From: Bispira polyomma
Lineage: Eukaryota
NCBI GenBank assembly: GCA_965649765.1
Contig: OZ287749.1
Span: 56,234,001 to 56,298,000, forward strand
DNA: 64,000 nucleotides
Direction of reading: 5' to 3'
Under the pieces are notes generated by a model. That model saw nothing but the letters and a program-made list of their open reading frames with translations. It was not told where the DNA came from and made no database searches. This document shows positions 1 through 12,000 of this stretch, piece after piece. Numbering within the stretch: the stretch's first letter is position 1; each line of letters opens with the position of its first letter. A program made the position numbers and the translations under genes.

Positions 1-627
1 GACATTCACTTCTCTCTGAAAAGAGAACAAAATCAGTAACAATAACATTATGCAGCCTGTTTAGAGACTATGGTATATTTTGTTTTCATCTGCGTTGTCT
101 GGAAGGGCATCCTGGCAGGCGGACATGCGGGCATGCGGGCTAGTTTTGGGAAACTGTTGGACTAACAAAGTTCACATTTGGTACAAATATACCTCTGGTT
201 ATTCCTTGATAAATCAAGAATATGTCATAACTATACCTATCGTATCGGAGACCCGATGCATATTGTATCCACCTGAGGGAAAAAGTTAGTTACAGGTCTG
301 TTAGTTTACAGAATACTTGTTAAAGCTATATAACAGTACACCATTATGTGAATACAACCTTCACAGCAAATTTTAATGAATTCCATTCACTATGTATTAG
401 GTAAACTATGTCAAAACCCAAAACCCTCCAGTGGCAGAGGTATATGGTCTTTGAAATGACCTTGAATGAAGCGATTGAATGTTATAAAAAGGGCACATTA
501 TACACAGTAAGCATAAGTTAATCCAATCAACTAAATGGGAGAACCAGGCCAAAATTGGATAAAAAATGCCAATGTATGTTAAGTACTGTTAAGTACTGTT
601 TGCATACATGCATGTACATCATTTCAA

Positions 628-902
628 TCACTGCCTAGCTCATGATGGCCCCCTCATTTGCAACAGCCTACCTGATCATGTTCGCCTGGCTCAAACTTTC
701 TAAGCTGAAGGCCTATCTTTTTGAACAGGCTTTTCCACCTTAGCCGTCGCAACCATTTACGGTAGTCTCCCTGGTTACGACTTCCATCCGCCCACTATTT
801 TTGATTTTCAATTAACGTTTTGGGTTTGTTGCGCCTCAGAATTTGTTGTACAAAGATTAAGCGCTATAAAAGTACGACTAGATTAGCTAGATTAGATTAG
901 AT
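628..902 (+). mobile_element. L2-type LINE 3' end remnant
   Basis: Decayed 'NSLPDHVR...KLKAYLFEQAF' ORF2 end, then 'aagcgctataaa' and a (TAGAT)n tail. Confidence 0.65.
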
Positions 903-976
903 CATACGTTCATGTTATCTGTATCACATCAAAGGGGCCAAGATTATTTATCCAAATAACCCCGACTTAAGTTAAA

Positions 977-1256
977 TGTCCCTGTTCCACTGTCAAGATA
1001 GATCTGGAGCAGCCCCGATTATGGGCACCCCAGACGTAATCCTGTAGCTCTCAAGAACGATGATGATGATCTGGAAAGTCATAATCCTATCTGGGAATCA
1101 GATAACACGATTGTTTTTGGGGGCATTTTAAGTATTTTCTGTCCTGGATCATAATCTCCTTATCACGCCAGGTGGTCCAGAGGATTCAGCAGAGTGCCAT
1201 CAGGATTCTTAAAATCAGAGCTGCTTCAGATCTATCTTGACAGTGGAACAGGGGTA
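977..1256. mobile_element. MITE with ~34 bp TIRs (PIF/Harbinger-like)
   Basis: ccctgttccactgtcaagatagatctggagcagc (980-1013) is inverted at 1220-1253. Confidence 0.8.
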
Positions 1257-1450
1257 TTAGACAGAAATATACCAATTTCAAACAACTTCCACTGCATCAG
1301 TACGCATGACATACACGAATGTATGGAAACACTCTCACAGGAATTTGTAAGGAACAAAAATTGTGATGAGTATGTGTGACGTATACAGATGTAGGCTAAG
1401 TTTTATGCTGCCAATGATAGCTTTTTTTATTGATGGATAGCTGATTGGCG

Positions 1451-3049
1451 ACAGAACGGCTTCCATTGAAAAAACGTTGTAAATCCAAATCAGCATCATA
1501 TTATACAGAGATAGAATCTGGTTTAAAGTAATACATACCCTTACTCCTTATATATGATAGAGTAGCCAATTTTCTGTTATTTCATGCCAAACTGGCACAT
1601 ATCAAGTAGTACAAGATAAAAACTACAACCACAAATATTAGCACAACTCTGTCGGCCGACCAAATTTACAACCTTTTTGTAGCGGTCTTCGGTCTTTCCC
1701 ATTTTACGATTCCATCCAATACAGACGTTTTTTTATGGAAACAGGTCATTAGGCTGGTCTGTGTGTATTTTGTCACTTGTTTACATCACTATATACGCCT
1801 GGTGACATGTACAGATAGCATCTCAATATCAATAAACGTAATGTTACAACAGGTGTTTTTAATTATATACCTTTACACGCAGTTGTTTGTATTCAAGTGA
1901 CAGATATCCCTTTCATTTTAAAAATAGTTATATATTGAATAATATTGCAGTACACCATGTGTTGGGTAGAAATGATACTTCAGTTTTTAGTGTTAAAAAA
2001 TACAGTGGACCATTATATTTTGTTCTACTTAACAGAAGTTTTACTTAACAGGGTACATTTTTAGTAGAAATATAGTAATGGGACATTTAAAATAACTGCT
2101 ACCTAACAGGTACTTCCACTTAGCAGAGTTTACCTTAAAGGGGTTTGACCATACAAAGTTACTTTAACGATTATAGATTGATTTAATAATTGAACAGGAA
2201 AAAAGAATAATGGTCTTGCAGCTAGTTCACCTGGGGGTAATTAGTTGTTTACAAATCACACATGCATCTATTATTAGTTACAGTGTAGAGAGTTTGCCCA
2301 AATGAAATTAAAGTGTCATGATTAATAAAACATTAATGCAAACCTCTAGACAATTATTCTAACAACTAGGGTTAATTTATTACCAACTACATTTATCTGT
2401 ATTACTTACTGCTCACTCATTTGACCAATACCTATATTTTCCACTTATGATTAGTGCAATACATTAAATTATAATGCATCTATTCCGAGTAATAGCCTTA
2501 ATCTATAACATTTTTAAATATTTATGCCTTCTATTAGCTAAGTAGCTTATTCATTTTAGTGTTTATAATGTGGAGAGAAAGTGGATGTTTCCATGTATGC
2601 GACTTGCAATTGCGGCTTGCTAGTGCGGTTATAAAGTCAATCCTCAATACAAGTTTAGATATGTTCACATGTATACAGCCAATTAATGCAGTAAATGTTA
2701 AGATTTTAAGAAAATGTCTTCCATGATAGTCTTTAATATTGTTCGAGATACCAATTCATTGATTTTTCATTACGTGTAGTGACGTCCTGTGCATTTCCGT
2801 AACAGTAATTTTATATATTTTAAAATGTGTATATGGAAGTTAGTGAATATAGGACGGAATTTTATTTTGTAAAAAGCTTCAGAAATTGTATAAATTACTG
2901 TTTAAGGACATATTAATCTTAAAATTGTAGTTTTAATAACTTGAACTTCAACTATCATATATAGGGAATGAGGGGTTGTATTTATTTTTAACAGATTCTA
3001 TCTCTTTATATGACGATTTTGATTGACAACGTTATGGAAGCCGTTCTGT
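1451..3049. mobile_element. ~1.6 kb segment bounded by ~100 bp imperfect inverted repeats (probable non-autonomous DNA transposon)
   Basis: acagaacggcttccat at 1451 and its reverse complement at 3034-3049; similarity continues over 1451-1560 vs 2951-3049. Confidence 0.6.
2001..2153. mobile_element. Degenerate Tc1/mariner-type MITE
   Basis: TA-CAGT start, internal repeated cttaacag motifs, ggtttgac end. Confidence 0.5.
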
Positions 3050-3229
3050 TCCTTTTCGTGATTTTGTCGTCCAAATAATAGCAAGGAATCTCGCTAAATA
3101 TGGACAGATTATTCGGTCTATATTGTTACCAAGTATGGTCAAACCTAAAAACCTCTGCCAAGGAGATGATGTTTACCCCCTAGTAAACTACATATAACTA
3201 TACAGTTTCTTTCAGAGCTATATACAAAC

Positions 3230-3472
3230 CTTGGTCATGTGTTTGTAGTTGTTGTTCTGGCCTCGTTCTCCCAGCCCACAGAGCCCCATGCCAGACATGG
3301 AAACTTCTCTTTGAAAGGACTTCTTGGTCCTGTGTTCTTTTACCAACAGTTCACAGCTCAATGTCTTGATAGATCTCTCCAGTGACTTAATAGCCAAGGA
3401 AAGCTGCTGAATATCCGAGGCTTGACACTTATCCTCATTCTCAAGGTCGGATTTTGCTGGACTATCTGCCAT
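3230..3472 (-). CDS. First coding exon (81 aa) of a probable tandem pLGIC paralog continuing beyond the left edge
   Basis: 'ASDIQQLSLAIKSLERSIKTL' and 'REVSMSGMG' match exons 1A/1B; phase-0 donor AAG|gtttgt; possible acceptor ttttcag ending at 3596. No downstream exon lies in the window. Confidence 0.78.
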
Positions 3473-4759
3473 ATCTTATATTTGTATATAGCCTGCCTTA
3501 GAGCAGACCTACTTTATAAGTCTTTGCCTCTAGTGAAGACAACTTTTTTTACATTATAATTTTATGTAACATTAGTAGATATCCACTGAAGACTCCTGAA
3601 AACATGTTTCATTTTGCTGTAAAATATATTTCAGTGAAGAAGACACACATAACTTTGGTTTGACATGCAGTAATAATACCTATAATCAAACGAGTTATAT
3701 TGTATATGTCATCTGTAAATCTGCTTTTGTTGGACTATTTCCCAATTTTGATACTTAAAAGTCCTGTTTTGTCTGCAGTACAGGTAACATTTTTATTTTA
3801 TATCTTTATCTAATTAGACACGTTAGATAAGTAGACACAGAACGACGATTTCCAGAAATACAGAGATACACTTTTCTATTGCACAGATCTCTTTATTTGA
3901 TATGCACTACTTACTATCATTGCATGTATTCAAACTAAAAATTTCATCAGAAAACCAGGGTTTTTCTTCTCTATTTATTAAAGTTCACACAAAGAGAGAG
4001 ACAGTGCCAATGCATTAATGTCCCATACACAACTAACACCCTCTTTCCATTACCTTTTGATATAGTTGGTGGTATTCCCTGTGTTTTCCTGTGCATAGAA
4101 TTCTATACATATTAATACACATTTTTTTTACATTAAAGCAGTTTGTTTTTCCATTTAAACTGTTTTCCTTCCTTGAGGACAGACACACTGCCTTTTAAAA
4201 AAAATCTTTTTAATCGATCAGACCACTGTTTGAGTAGTAATGATTTGTTTACTATCACAAAAGCAGGCATTTGAATGTAACTAGCTGCAAATATATCTGG
4301 TTTGCACTTGCTTCACACACGTCAATATATGATATGGATTTAATTAATTAAGTGTAGCTGTGATTTCCTGTACCATAATATATCCACCCTCCAAATAGTC
4401 TGTGAAGCTGGAACTAAGGTAATCATTCAGTGGCTCCCAATTTCCACTCAGATGAACAATATCCTTCATCATTATTGTAAGGTCCATAACATGTGCCCCC
4501 AAAAATATACATTGGAAGTAATAAAATTGGCAATTGCTTACACAATCTATGCCACATTATAGGCAAAATGGATTTTAAATTATGGTATAAATTATTATAT
4601 TTATAACTGCCTGAAATCTCTCAATAAGTTTTGTAATCTATGGTATAACTGCCTACATTTTACTGGCGAACAATTTCTCTACACTTTACTTTCCAGGAAA
4701 CGGGAATGATGATGAAAGTATTGAACGACTACTAAAAACGGCCAACTTTGAATCCTCAC

Positions 4760-4830
4760 CTGTATGTGTGGCTGTTGACAGCAGAGGTGAGGGGAGGGGG
4801 TGGGGGGCGTTGCTGTCTAACTAAACCCTT
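4760..4830 (-). other. Possible non-coding 5' exon of the left-hand paralog
   Basis: Strong donor CAG|gtgagg at 4760/4759 upstream of the acceptor at 3596; GC-rich tract 4788-4808. The 5' boundary is a guess. Confidence 0.3.
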
Positions 4831-6311
4831 ATAAGGGAGTTTTCATTTGCTAATTTGGCCTTTCTGTGCAAACCCAACCAACATTATAGCAACTGTCATT
4901 TCAAAGTAACCTACACTATAGGACAGCTCTAAAGTAAATAATACCTGTAATTAATGGCACTCTCATCATTGATTGATCTGCCGTCAACAATTGTGATGTC
5001 CTGGTTGATCCATTACATTCTGCTATAACTTTAATGCAGTACATAGAATGAAGCATTTTACTCAAGAAATATAAATCTTAATGTTAATTTAGCTAAAATG
5101 AAACGGATGTGAATGCAGCTAGTCTTCATGATCGAGTCCACTGAAATCTCCCCCATTGATGGTCAAGTTTCTTAATAGGAAATTAATAACAAGACTTTAT
5201 ACTTTGCAAAACATTTTTTTATTCTTCCAAGCGTACGTATATTTGAAATTTAATTTAATCATTTTACATCAATGCCGATCATCAACACACAACAAAAGAA
5301 TGAAAACACTTTTTAACTCAGAAATATTATAGCTTCAGAAGTAATTAGCCTTTTCAAGCTGAAAATGTCAAATTAATTATTATCATTCGGCAAATGGTAT
5401 TTTTTTCTTAAATAATACAATGGGTTTTTAAACATCTAAGAATTACCCAATACATTTGATGTCGGTCGTACAATTGTAACTTCCTAAACCCAGTTACTGT
5501 GTCAATGTTAGAATGAAGATCACTGTGTGGAACAATTTACCCAGGCAAATGTGAGTTTTGTCATCCGATAGTATAACTATATATATTTATATTCCTGTAT
5601 ATGTAGCAAACTATACAACCAAAATGGATGTACGTTAAAATAAACACAATGATGAGACATGCATAATGTGGCAAAGAAAATAGGGATCATTTTCCTGATA
5701 ACTTAATACTGATGTTTTAATTGAATTATTTGTAATCAGACTTGTATCTGCTTTTCTATGTACAGTAAAAGCGCAATAATATTAAAAATTTTGGATACTT
5801 AAAAGCTCTAAAAAGAGATGGTACAGTAGAATAACAATAAAAGAAAAGGATCAAAAATAAAATAGGACAGCTGATATTAACAGGAAATCCCTGTTTGGTT
5901 GGACTGAATGTGCTAATTTGGCCTTTCCGAACAAAAACAACCAACATGCACTATTGCAACTGTCATTTTAAAAACTAAAGACAAAGGCTTAAAACTTGCC
6001 GTGTATAAACGTCCACAAGTGGCCACACTATGTATCTACCTGTACCTGGGGCCCCAAGCTGAGATCGAACCCAGGTCATTTGCATCCCTATAAGACTGTT
6101 GTTGCCTACTATGCCACATTAGCCGAAGACTTGCGTGTTCATTAAATTGAGTAGTTGGATAACACTTGCAAATGAGGTCCATCACAAGCTTTTTTTACAA
6201 TTTTACAATAACAATAGCCGAGTATTGTTTACAGTTATAATTAGCCTTCAGTACTGAGGTCTTAGTTTAACACTGTTTAGTCCAGTCAGCTCACTCGGTA
6301 ATACAGTAATA

Positions 6312-6843
6312 CAGTCAAACCTGCTCAAGAGATATCACCTCTATAGAGAGACCACCTCTACAATAATAATAATAATAATTAATCCATTTGATATAGCATT
6401 TTACTATCAATATCACTGTTATATAATGCGCTTATGACATTATTACTCCAGCCTGGGTTCTTCAACTTGTCAACCATTGTACAGTCTCAGCTCCCTCAGG
6501 GAGCGTACTAGCCGTGCTGCCACATACGGCACTCAGACTAACACCCATTAGCGGCCAGGTACCCATTTATACACCTGGGTAGAGAGGGACAACTTTGTGT
6601 AAAGGACCTTGTCTGAGGGTACAATCTCCAGGCCTGCAGCGACGATCAAACGTGGGCTCTCAAGATTTCCGAGATTTAAAGTCTGACACTGTAACCACAC
6701 TAACCACCTCTATATAAAGACCACAGTTTTTGATTCCCCAAAACTAATTTTTAATATTATTCAACCTCTGTATGCAAACTAGCTGTCAATAAAGACCATT
6801 TTAGAGGGTTTACTTGTGTGGTCTTTATAAACATGTTTCACTG
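6312..6843. mobile_element. Tc1/mariner-type MITE (TA|CAGTCAAACC...TTTCACTG|TA) interrupted by a SINE
   Basis: TA flanks and CAGT/ACTG termini; paralogous copy at ~9090-9523. Confidence 0.75.
6361..6702 (-). mobile_element. tRNA-derived SINE with a Nin/Deu-like core and (TTA)n tail
   Basis: Core ctctctacccaggtgtataaatgggtacctgg and gctccctgagggagct on the minus strand; 10 bp TSD accacctcta at 6351-6360 and 6703-6712. Confidence 0.8.
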
Positions 6844-7014
6844 TATTGCTGTTTCAAAACTACACTAGGCATATTACATATAATATACATATACAATAAA
6901 TGAATGAATGACTATATGAAAATGTTTAAACTGAAACTAATCTTTACAGAGAAAATTAATTCAAATAACACTGTGGGCCAAAGACAAGGCTACAGCTTCA
7001 CTCCAAAATTCCAG

Positions 7015-7121
7015 GGCCCGTATTCACTAAGGGACTTAGTCAGGTCTTAGGCTTAAATCAGTATACTTTTGTGCTAGATTTAAGCCTAAGACCTGGCTAA
7101 GTCCTTTCGTGAATACGGGGC
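7015..7121. mobile_element. Hairpin MITE (~110 bp near-perfect palindrome)
   Basis: ggcccgtattcac...gtgaatacggggc with ~45 bp arms; copies at 61015-61122 (inverted) and 58663-58770 (degenerate). Confidence 0.85.
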
Positions 7122-8065
7122 CAGTTTTATAATTTCACAATAGTAGCCTCTATTTCTTTACTACTTATATAAAAACAAATGTGCTATAGTTTAATGAAAT
7201 TTAACATCAATGTTAAATATGATGCTCGTTCAACAATATAAAGAGATTTATATATAAATATGTAAGAACATTCACTAAATTGTATTATTTTTATGAAGTA
7301 TCAGTGTACACACCAAGTAAAAATAGTACACACAAGAGAAATACACATTAGAGTACGAATCTACTGGACAATATCACTGAACGAGGAGAGATATACAAAA
7401 TGGGATTTCATCAATAATCATTAGCATGTTTTCAAGTGGACAAATAACTCATTTAACCTGTATCAACGATACATACATACACATATATATATACTATTAG
7501 ACAAAAGTACATTCTGTCTCAAGTAAATGCACACCATCAATATCACAGAAATAAAATTTGATTTAAGCATTTGTGAAAATGTTTACACAAAGATGGTTGG
7601 TTTTAAATTCACAAGAATTTCTTCCTCTTGAATTATTTATATCCCAATCATTCATGTGAAGACAGTGCAACACAAATTGCAAACCATAGTAAGTCAATGT
7701 TACTTTTCTTCTCAATACATAGATAATATATATATTAAAAACACAGACACACACTTCTACACCCTAAGATACTTATAAACTCAAATACTGTATCAAACAG
7801 ATTACGTGACTGTTGTCTTTCAACGAATTTAGTAAAACACAATTATTCTTCTGTAAAATAATAGGCACTCACTTGTATTGGATGGCATTGCAAGGATCTT
7901 TCCTTTCAAACACTATTTAAACTTTTACACAATTCAGATATATATTTCTGCCAAAACAACTAAATTTTTTTTCTACCTAGAAACACGTTGCTCATCATTT
8001 ATTATGATATCTCAACCTAGTAAGTATGACTCTGCTATTATAACAGTATAGTCCCACCGAGCGTC

Positions 8066-8807
8066 TTCAATTACTTCATCACCCTGACACTTTTCGTTTA
8101 GTTTCTAAGTCACCCTGACACCTTCCTTTCAATTACTTAGTCCCCTGACAATTGTTTTAGTCCCCTAGACACCTATCTTTTAATTTATTCGTCCCAAGAC
8201 ACTTCTCCTTTAATTTATTAGTCCCACATCGATTTCTTGGTCCCCCAGACACTTCCACTTTAATTTTCTTAGTCCCCCAGACACTTCCACTTTAATTTCC
8301 CTTCAGTTTCTTAGCCACACAGACACCATCTCTTCAATTACTTAGTCACCCTGACACTTACCCTTCGATTTCTTAGCGCCTCTGACATTTTTTTAGTCCC
8401 CCAGACACTTCCACTTTAATTTATGAGTCCCCCAGACACTCCCACTTCAATTTTTTTAGTCCCCTGGACACTTCCATTTCAATTTCTTAGTCCCCAGAAA
8501 CGCCCACTTTAATTTTTTTAGTCCTCCAGACACATCCCCTTTGATTTCTTAGTCTCCCAGTCACTTCCCTTTCAATTTCTTAGTCACCTTGAGAATTCGC
8601 CCTTTGATTAGTCCCCCAAACGCTTCCACTTTAACTTTCTTAATCCCCCAGACACTGACACTTCAATTTCTTAGTCCTCATGACACTTCTCATTCAAATT
8701 TATTAGTCCTCTTGACACTTCCCCTTCAATTCCTTAGTCCCTAGACCCCCCCCCCCCCCCATATTCCTTTAGTCCCCAAAACACCCCCCTCATCCCTTAG
8801 TCCCCCA
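8066..8807. repeat. Degenerate ~31-32 bp minisatellite (~25 units) in the pLGIC 3' UTR, overlapping the stop codon
   Basis: Recurring cttagtcccccagacacttccactttaattt unit. Confidence 0.9.
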
Positions 8808-9030
8808 TAGCCCCTCCAACAATTGCCACCTCCATGGCTTCAGCTTCATTCTCATCGATAGGGTTGACCTTTGTCTCTCTGCCTGACCAGCCATTCGAAT
8901 TGTCTCCTTTCTTCTTCTTCTTAGGGGTCGTCTCAAGAGACAGCTTCTTGTCCTCCTGTTGGGCCAGCTTGTCCACCTTCTTCTCGTGATCTCTCTGTTT
9001 CTTGGCAATGTGTCGCTTGTTGTAGCGAGA
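8797..9030 (-). CDS. pLGIC terminal exon (SRYNKRHIAKKQRDHEKK...VGGAMGD*, 77 aa)
   Basis: ttacag acceptor, open purine-rich phase-0 frame ending at TAA 8797-8799. The supplied ORF 8790..9056 is a different frame. Confidence 0.85.
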   Translation of the reverse strand, partial: SRYNKRHIAKKQRDHEKKVDKLAQQEDKKLSLETTPKKKKKGDNSNGWSGRETKVNPIDENEAEAMEVAIVGGAMGD

Positions 9031-12000
9031 CTGTAAGCCAAAATATATAAATACATATTAGCCTTCAGTGCTGAGGTCTGAGTTTAAACACAGTCATACA
9101 TGCTCAAGAGATATCATCTCTTGAGAAAGACCACCTTTATATAAAGACCACAGTTTTCGATTTCCTAAAACTAATGTTTAATATTATTTAACCTGTGCAT
9201 GCAAACTAGCTGTTAATTTGAATTTGGATATTTAACGTCCACTCTAGTACCTTTTAGTAGGTTATATTGGGACGGGTAGTTGGAAACGCTGGAGGAAACA
9301 CTGCATACAGTCGGTCAAGGTTCTGCAGAGAAACCAGCGGCCCACAGTAAGGAACTACCACCTTTCCCACATAGGCATCGACCGGATTCGAACTCACGGC
9401 GCCCAGAGGTGAGAGACCAGTGATTGTAAAGCGCAATGCTTGCTAACCACTCGGCAACTAGCTGTTAATAAAGACCATTCTGGAGGGTTTCCTTTGGGTA
9501 GTCTTTATACACATGTTTCACTGTATTGCTGTTCCAGCTTTTCACAATCTTACAGCTAGGTGAAGGGTTTTTTTCCATGGACGAGTACCTGGTTGTTTGA
9601 TAAATTTAGTGTTTATTATTTATTTGCACAGAGTAACAACAAACCTGAATAAATTTTGCAAATTCTATCACCCTTTTCCTTTATCAAGAAAATGTAGCCC
9701 ATTTTCTACCTTTGTGTAGTATCTAAAGCACTAATTAACCTTATTTTCTTGACTACCGAGCTGCAGCCAGCCATACAACTGTCATACCCTTAACTATTGT
9801 TTAGAACAGGTTGGGAGAGAGAGCAGGATTTTGTTTGAATAATACAAGGTTTGTGACAAAGAAGAGGCATTAAATAAATTATTACTAATTCTGTACTATA
9901 AGTAATAACTTATGACTACCAGTACTTTAAAATATAACCAGGGGAAAAAACTAAAGAGAACAAAATGCACACCAGAATGGAGATAAGAAACTGAATAATG
10001 TACAACAACATTTGATAAAAACTAACCATACAGGCCACAAAGACGAAAAATGACACCTGGAAACAGACCCACAGTGAGATTAAAATGCAGAAGGCAATCA
10101 AGTCTGAAAAATAGGCAAAAACAACCCCTGACACTTGATTTAAATGTGTAAAAAAGGTCACAGCAGGCCTTTTATTTATGTGTTTTAACAAGGTAAATCG
10201 TGAACTCTTTTTTTTTTTAAAAATACTGTAAAAGTGCAAGGTTTCATGAGGACTTTATTTTACTGATTTTAGATGATCAACTGGCATAGTAAATACTAAT
10301 TCCCCGTAAACATTTGAACTTATGTTAACATTTTAACTGAAAGCTCACAGATAGCAAATAGTGAAAAATTATCCCAACGAAATTTTCTGATACAGTAGTT
10401 TTAGTTTTACTCAAGCCTTTATATTCTAATGGTGCTGAGATTAGGCGCCCTAAAACGTTAGGATAGTTTACTTTAATTCTGTAACTATATAGTTGTAGCA
10501 GCATACTTACCGGCTTCTTCAGGAATTGAGTTTGGACTATCCTCTTCTCCATACTTCTCAAACAGTAAAAAGGCCACCACATGCCACAGTGTAAGAGTGC
10601 ACAGGAACAACATGGAGATGAGGATATATCTGTCCTACAACAGAACATTATGATACCATTTTGAAACAAAAAGCATGAACACGAATTTTTGTACAGGAAT
10701 GTATCAATATTAGGTAACAGATCAGAAGCTGTTACTTATATGAGTACATTATTAGTACTGTACTTAAGTATTTATCACATTTATCTTACATTTATGATTT
10801 GTGAGTTACAGTATCTTGCAAGATGTGTAGACAATATTATTTGGAATAAAAACATTTACATTTTAAAAACAAATTTTTAATTGGAATTAATTTTTCACAA
10901 ACCACACACTCGCTAAAATGGATTATACTGGAAATTTTTATTTATAGATTTCACGTGGTGAATGAATACATGTCATATAATCAAATAAATTACTGCAATT
11001 CCACAATGATTCTAGATTTTACTGGATAGGGAACGACCATGATGGAGTTTGCGTATCAACAGATAAAACTAATCCTGCTGTGATAGTAGTACTACTATCA
11101 ATGAGAACCGTGTGAACCCTGTCCAGTAAATTGTAGAATATTAATTAGCCGAACTTACCAAATATGTCAAGTAGGAAATCTTGGGCAGGTTGTGGGTGAC
11201 CACAAACTTAAAGGTGACCGTCGTCAGGAGTAAGATGAATGAGAGCTGGAGACGGTTAGGGATCTTCTCAATGTCCACAGCAAAGATAGCAAAGGAGAGT
11301 GAGCAGATGAACAGCTAAAAGACATAATATATTGACATAATATTGTATTACATTATGCTATGCCATGAGTCTTTGCTGGCGCTCTATATCTCTGGCGATG
11401 TGGCACTGCAATAACTATAGTCACGGTGATAATTTCCATTATTCAAAACAGTAGTCCTCAGACAAGTATACAGCACTTTAGCCCCTAAGAGTTCACTACA
11501 TCATCATGTATGAGCTAAAAGGTCAAGGTCTCATAGTACAGATAAACACACATCAACTAGATGCGCTGAAGTATTTCATTTGTTACTTATCCTATAAAGC
11601 ACACTACTTGTCGTGGCTCTGGCATTGTAGCTTTCTAATGCTTATTTGTTAATGATAGACAGCTCCTAAAGCACCACATCAAAATCGAGAAACCAAAGTA
11701 TAATCTGAAACTCAACAATCAAGTCGTAAACACAAAGGATGGAGTGTATTCAATTTTAAAATCCAAAAAATGAAAAGTGCTTATTAGAATTTATAAAGGT
11801 TATTATATGGGTAACATTAATTTGATATCCCTATGAATGACAGTGTATTGCATTGTGGACATTTTGAGGGCATCTTATTAATGCCAGGTATCTTCTAAAG
11901 TGAACATTTCCTGCAATTTTAGGGACACCATCTGTTTAACTGACAGTGCTTGGGGATTTTGTTCTGTTGATCAAAAGCTGAGTATTGTATTTATATCTTT

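Noticed and set aside
8066-8796. Stop-codon readthrough into a repetitive C-terminal extension
   Set aside because: Unit lengths are not multiples of three and TAA recurs in most units.
8790-9056. Arg-rich 88 aa ORF
   Set aside because: Off-frame reading of the terminal exon; splice phase selects the SRYNKR... frame.
9254-9436. ORF sharing the peptide VGKVVVPYCG...NITY with ORF 61804..62043
   Set aside because: Chance reading frames through two copies of the same SINE.
9380-9455. tRNA gene (A and B boxes)
   Set aside because: It is the head of a SINE with body, tail, TSD and dispersed copies; no complete cloverleaf is evident.
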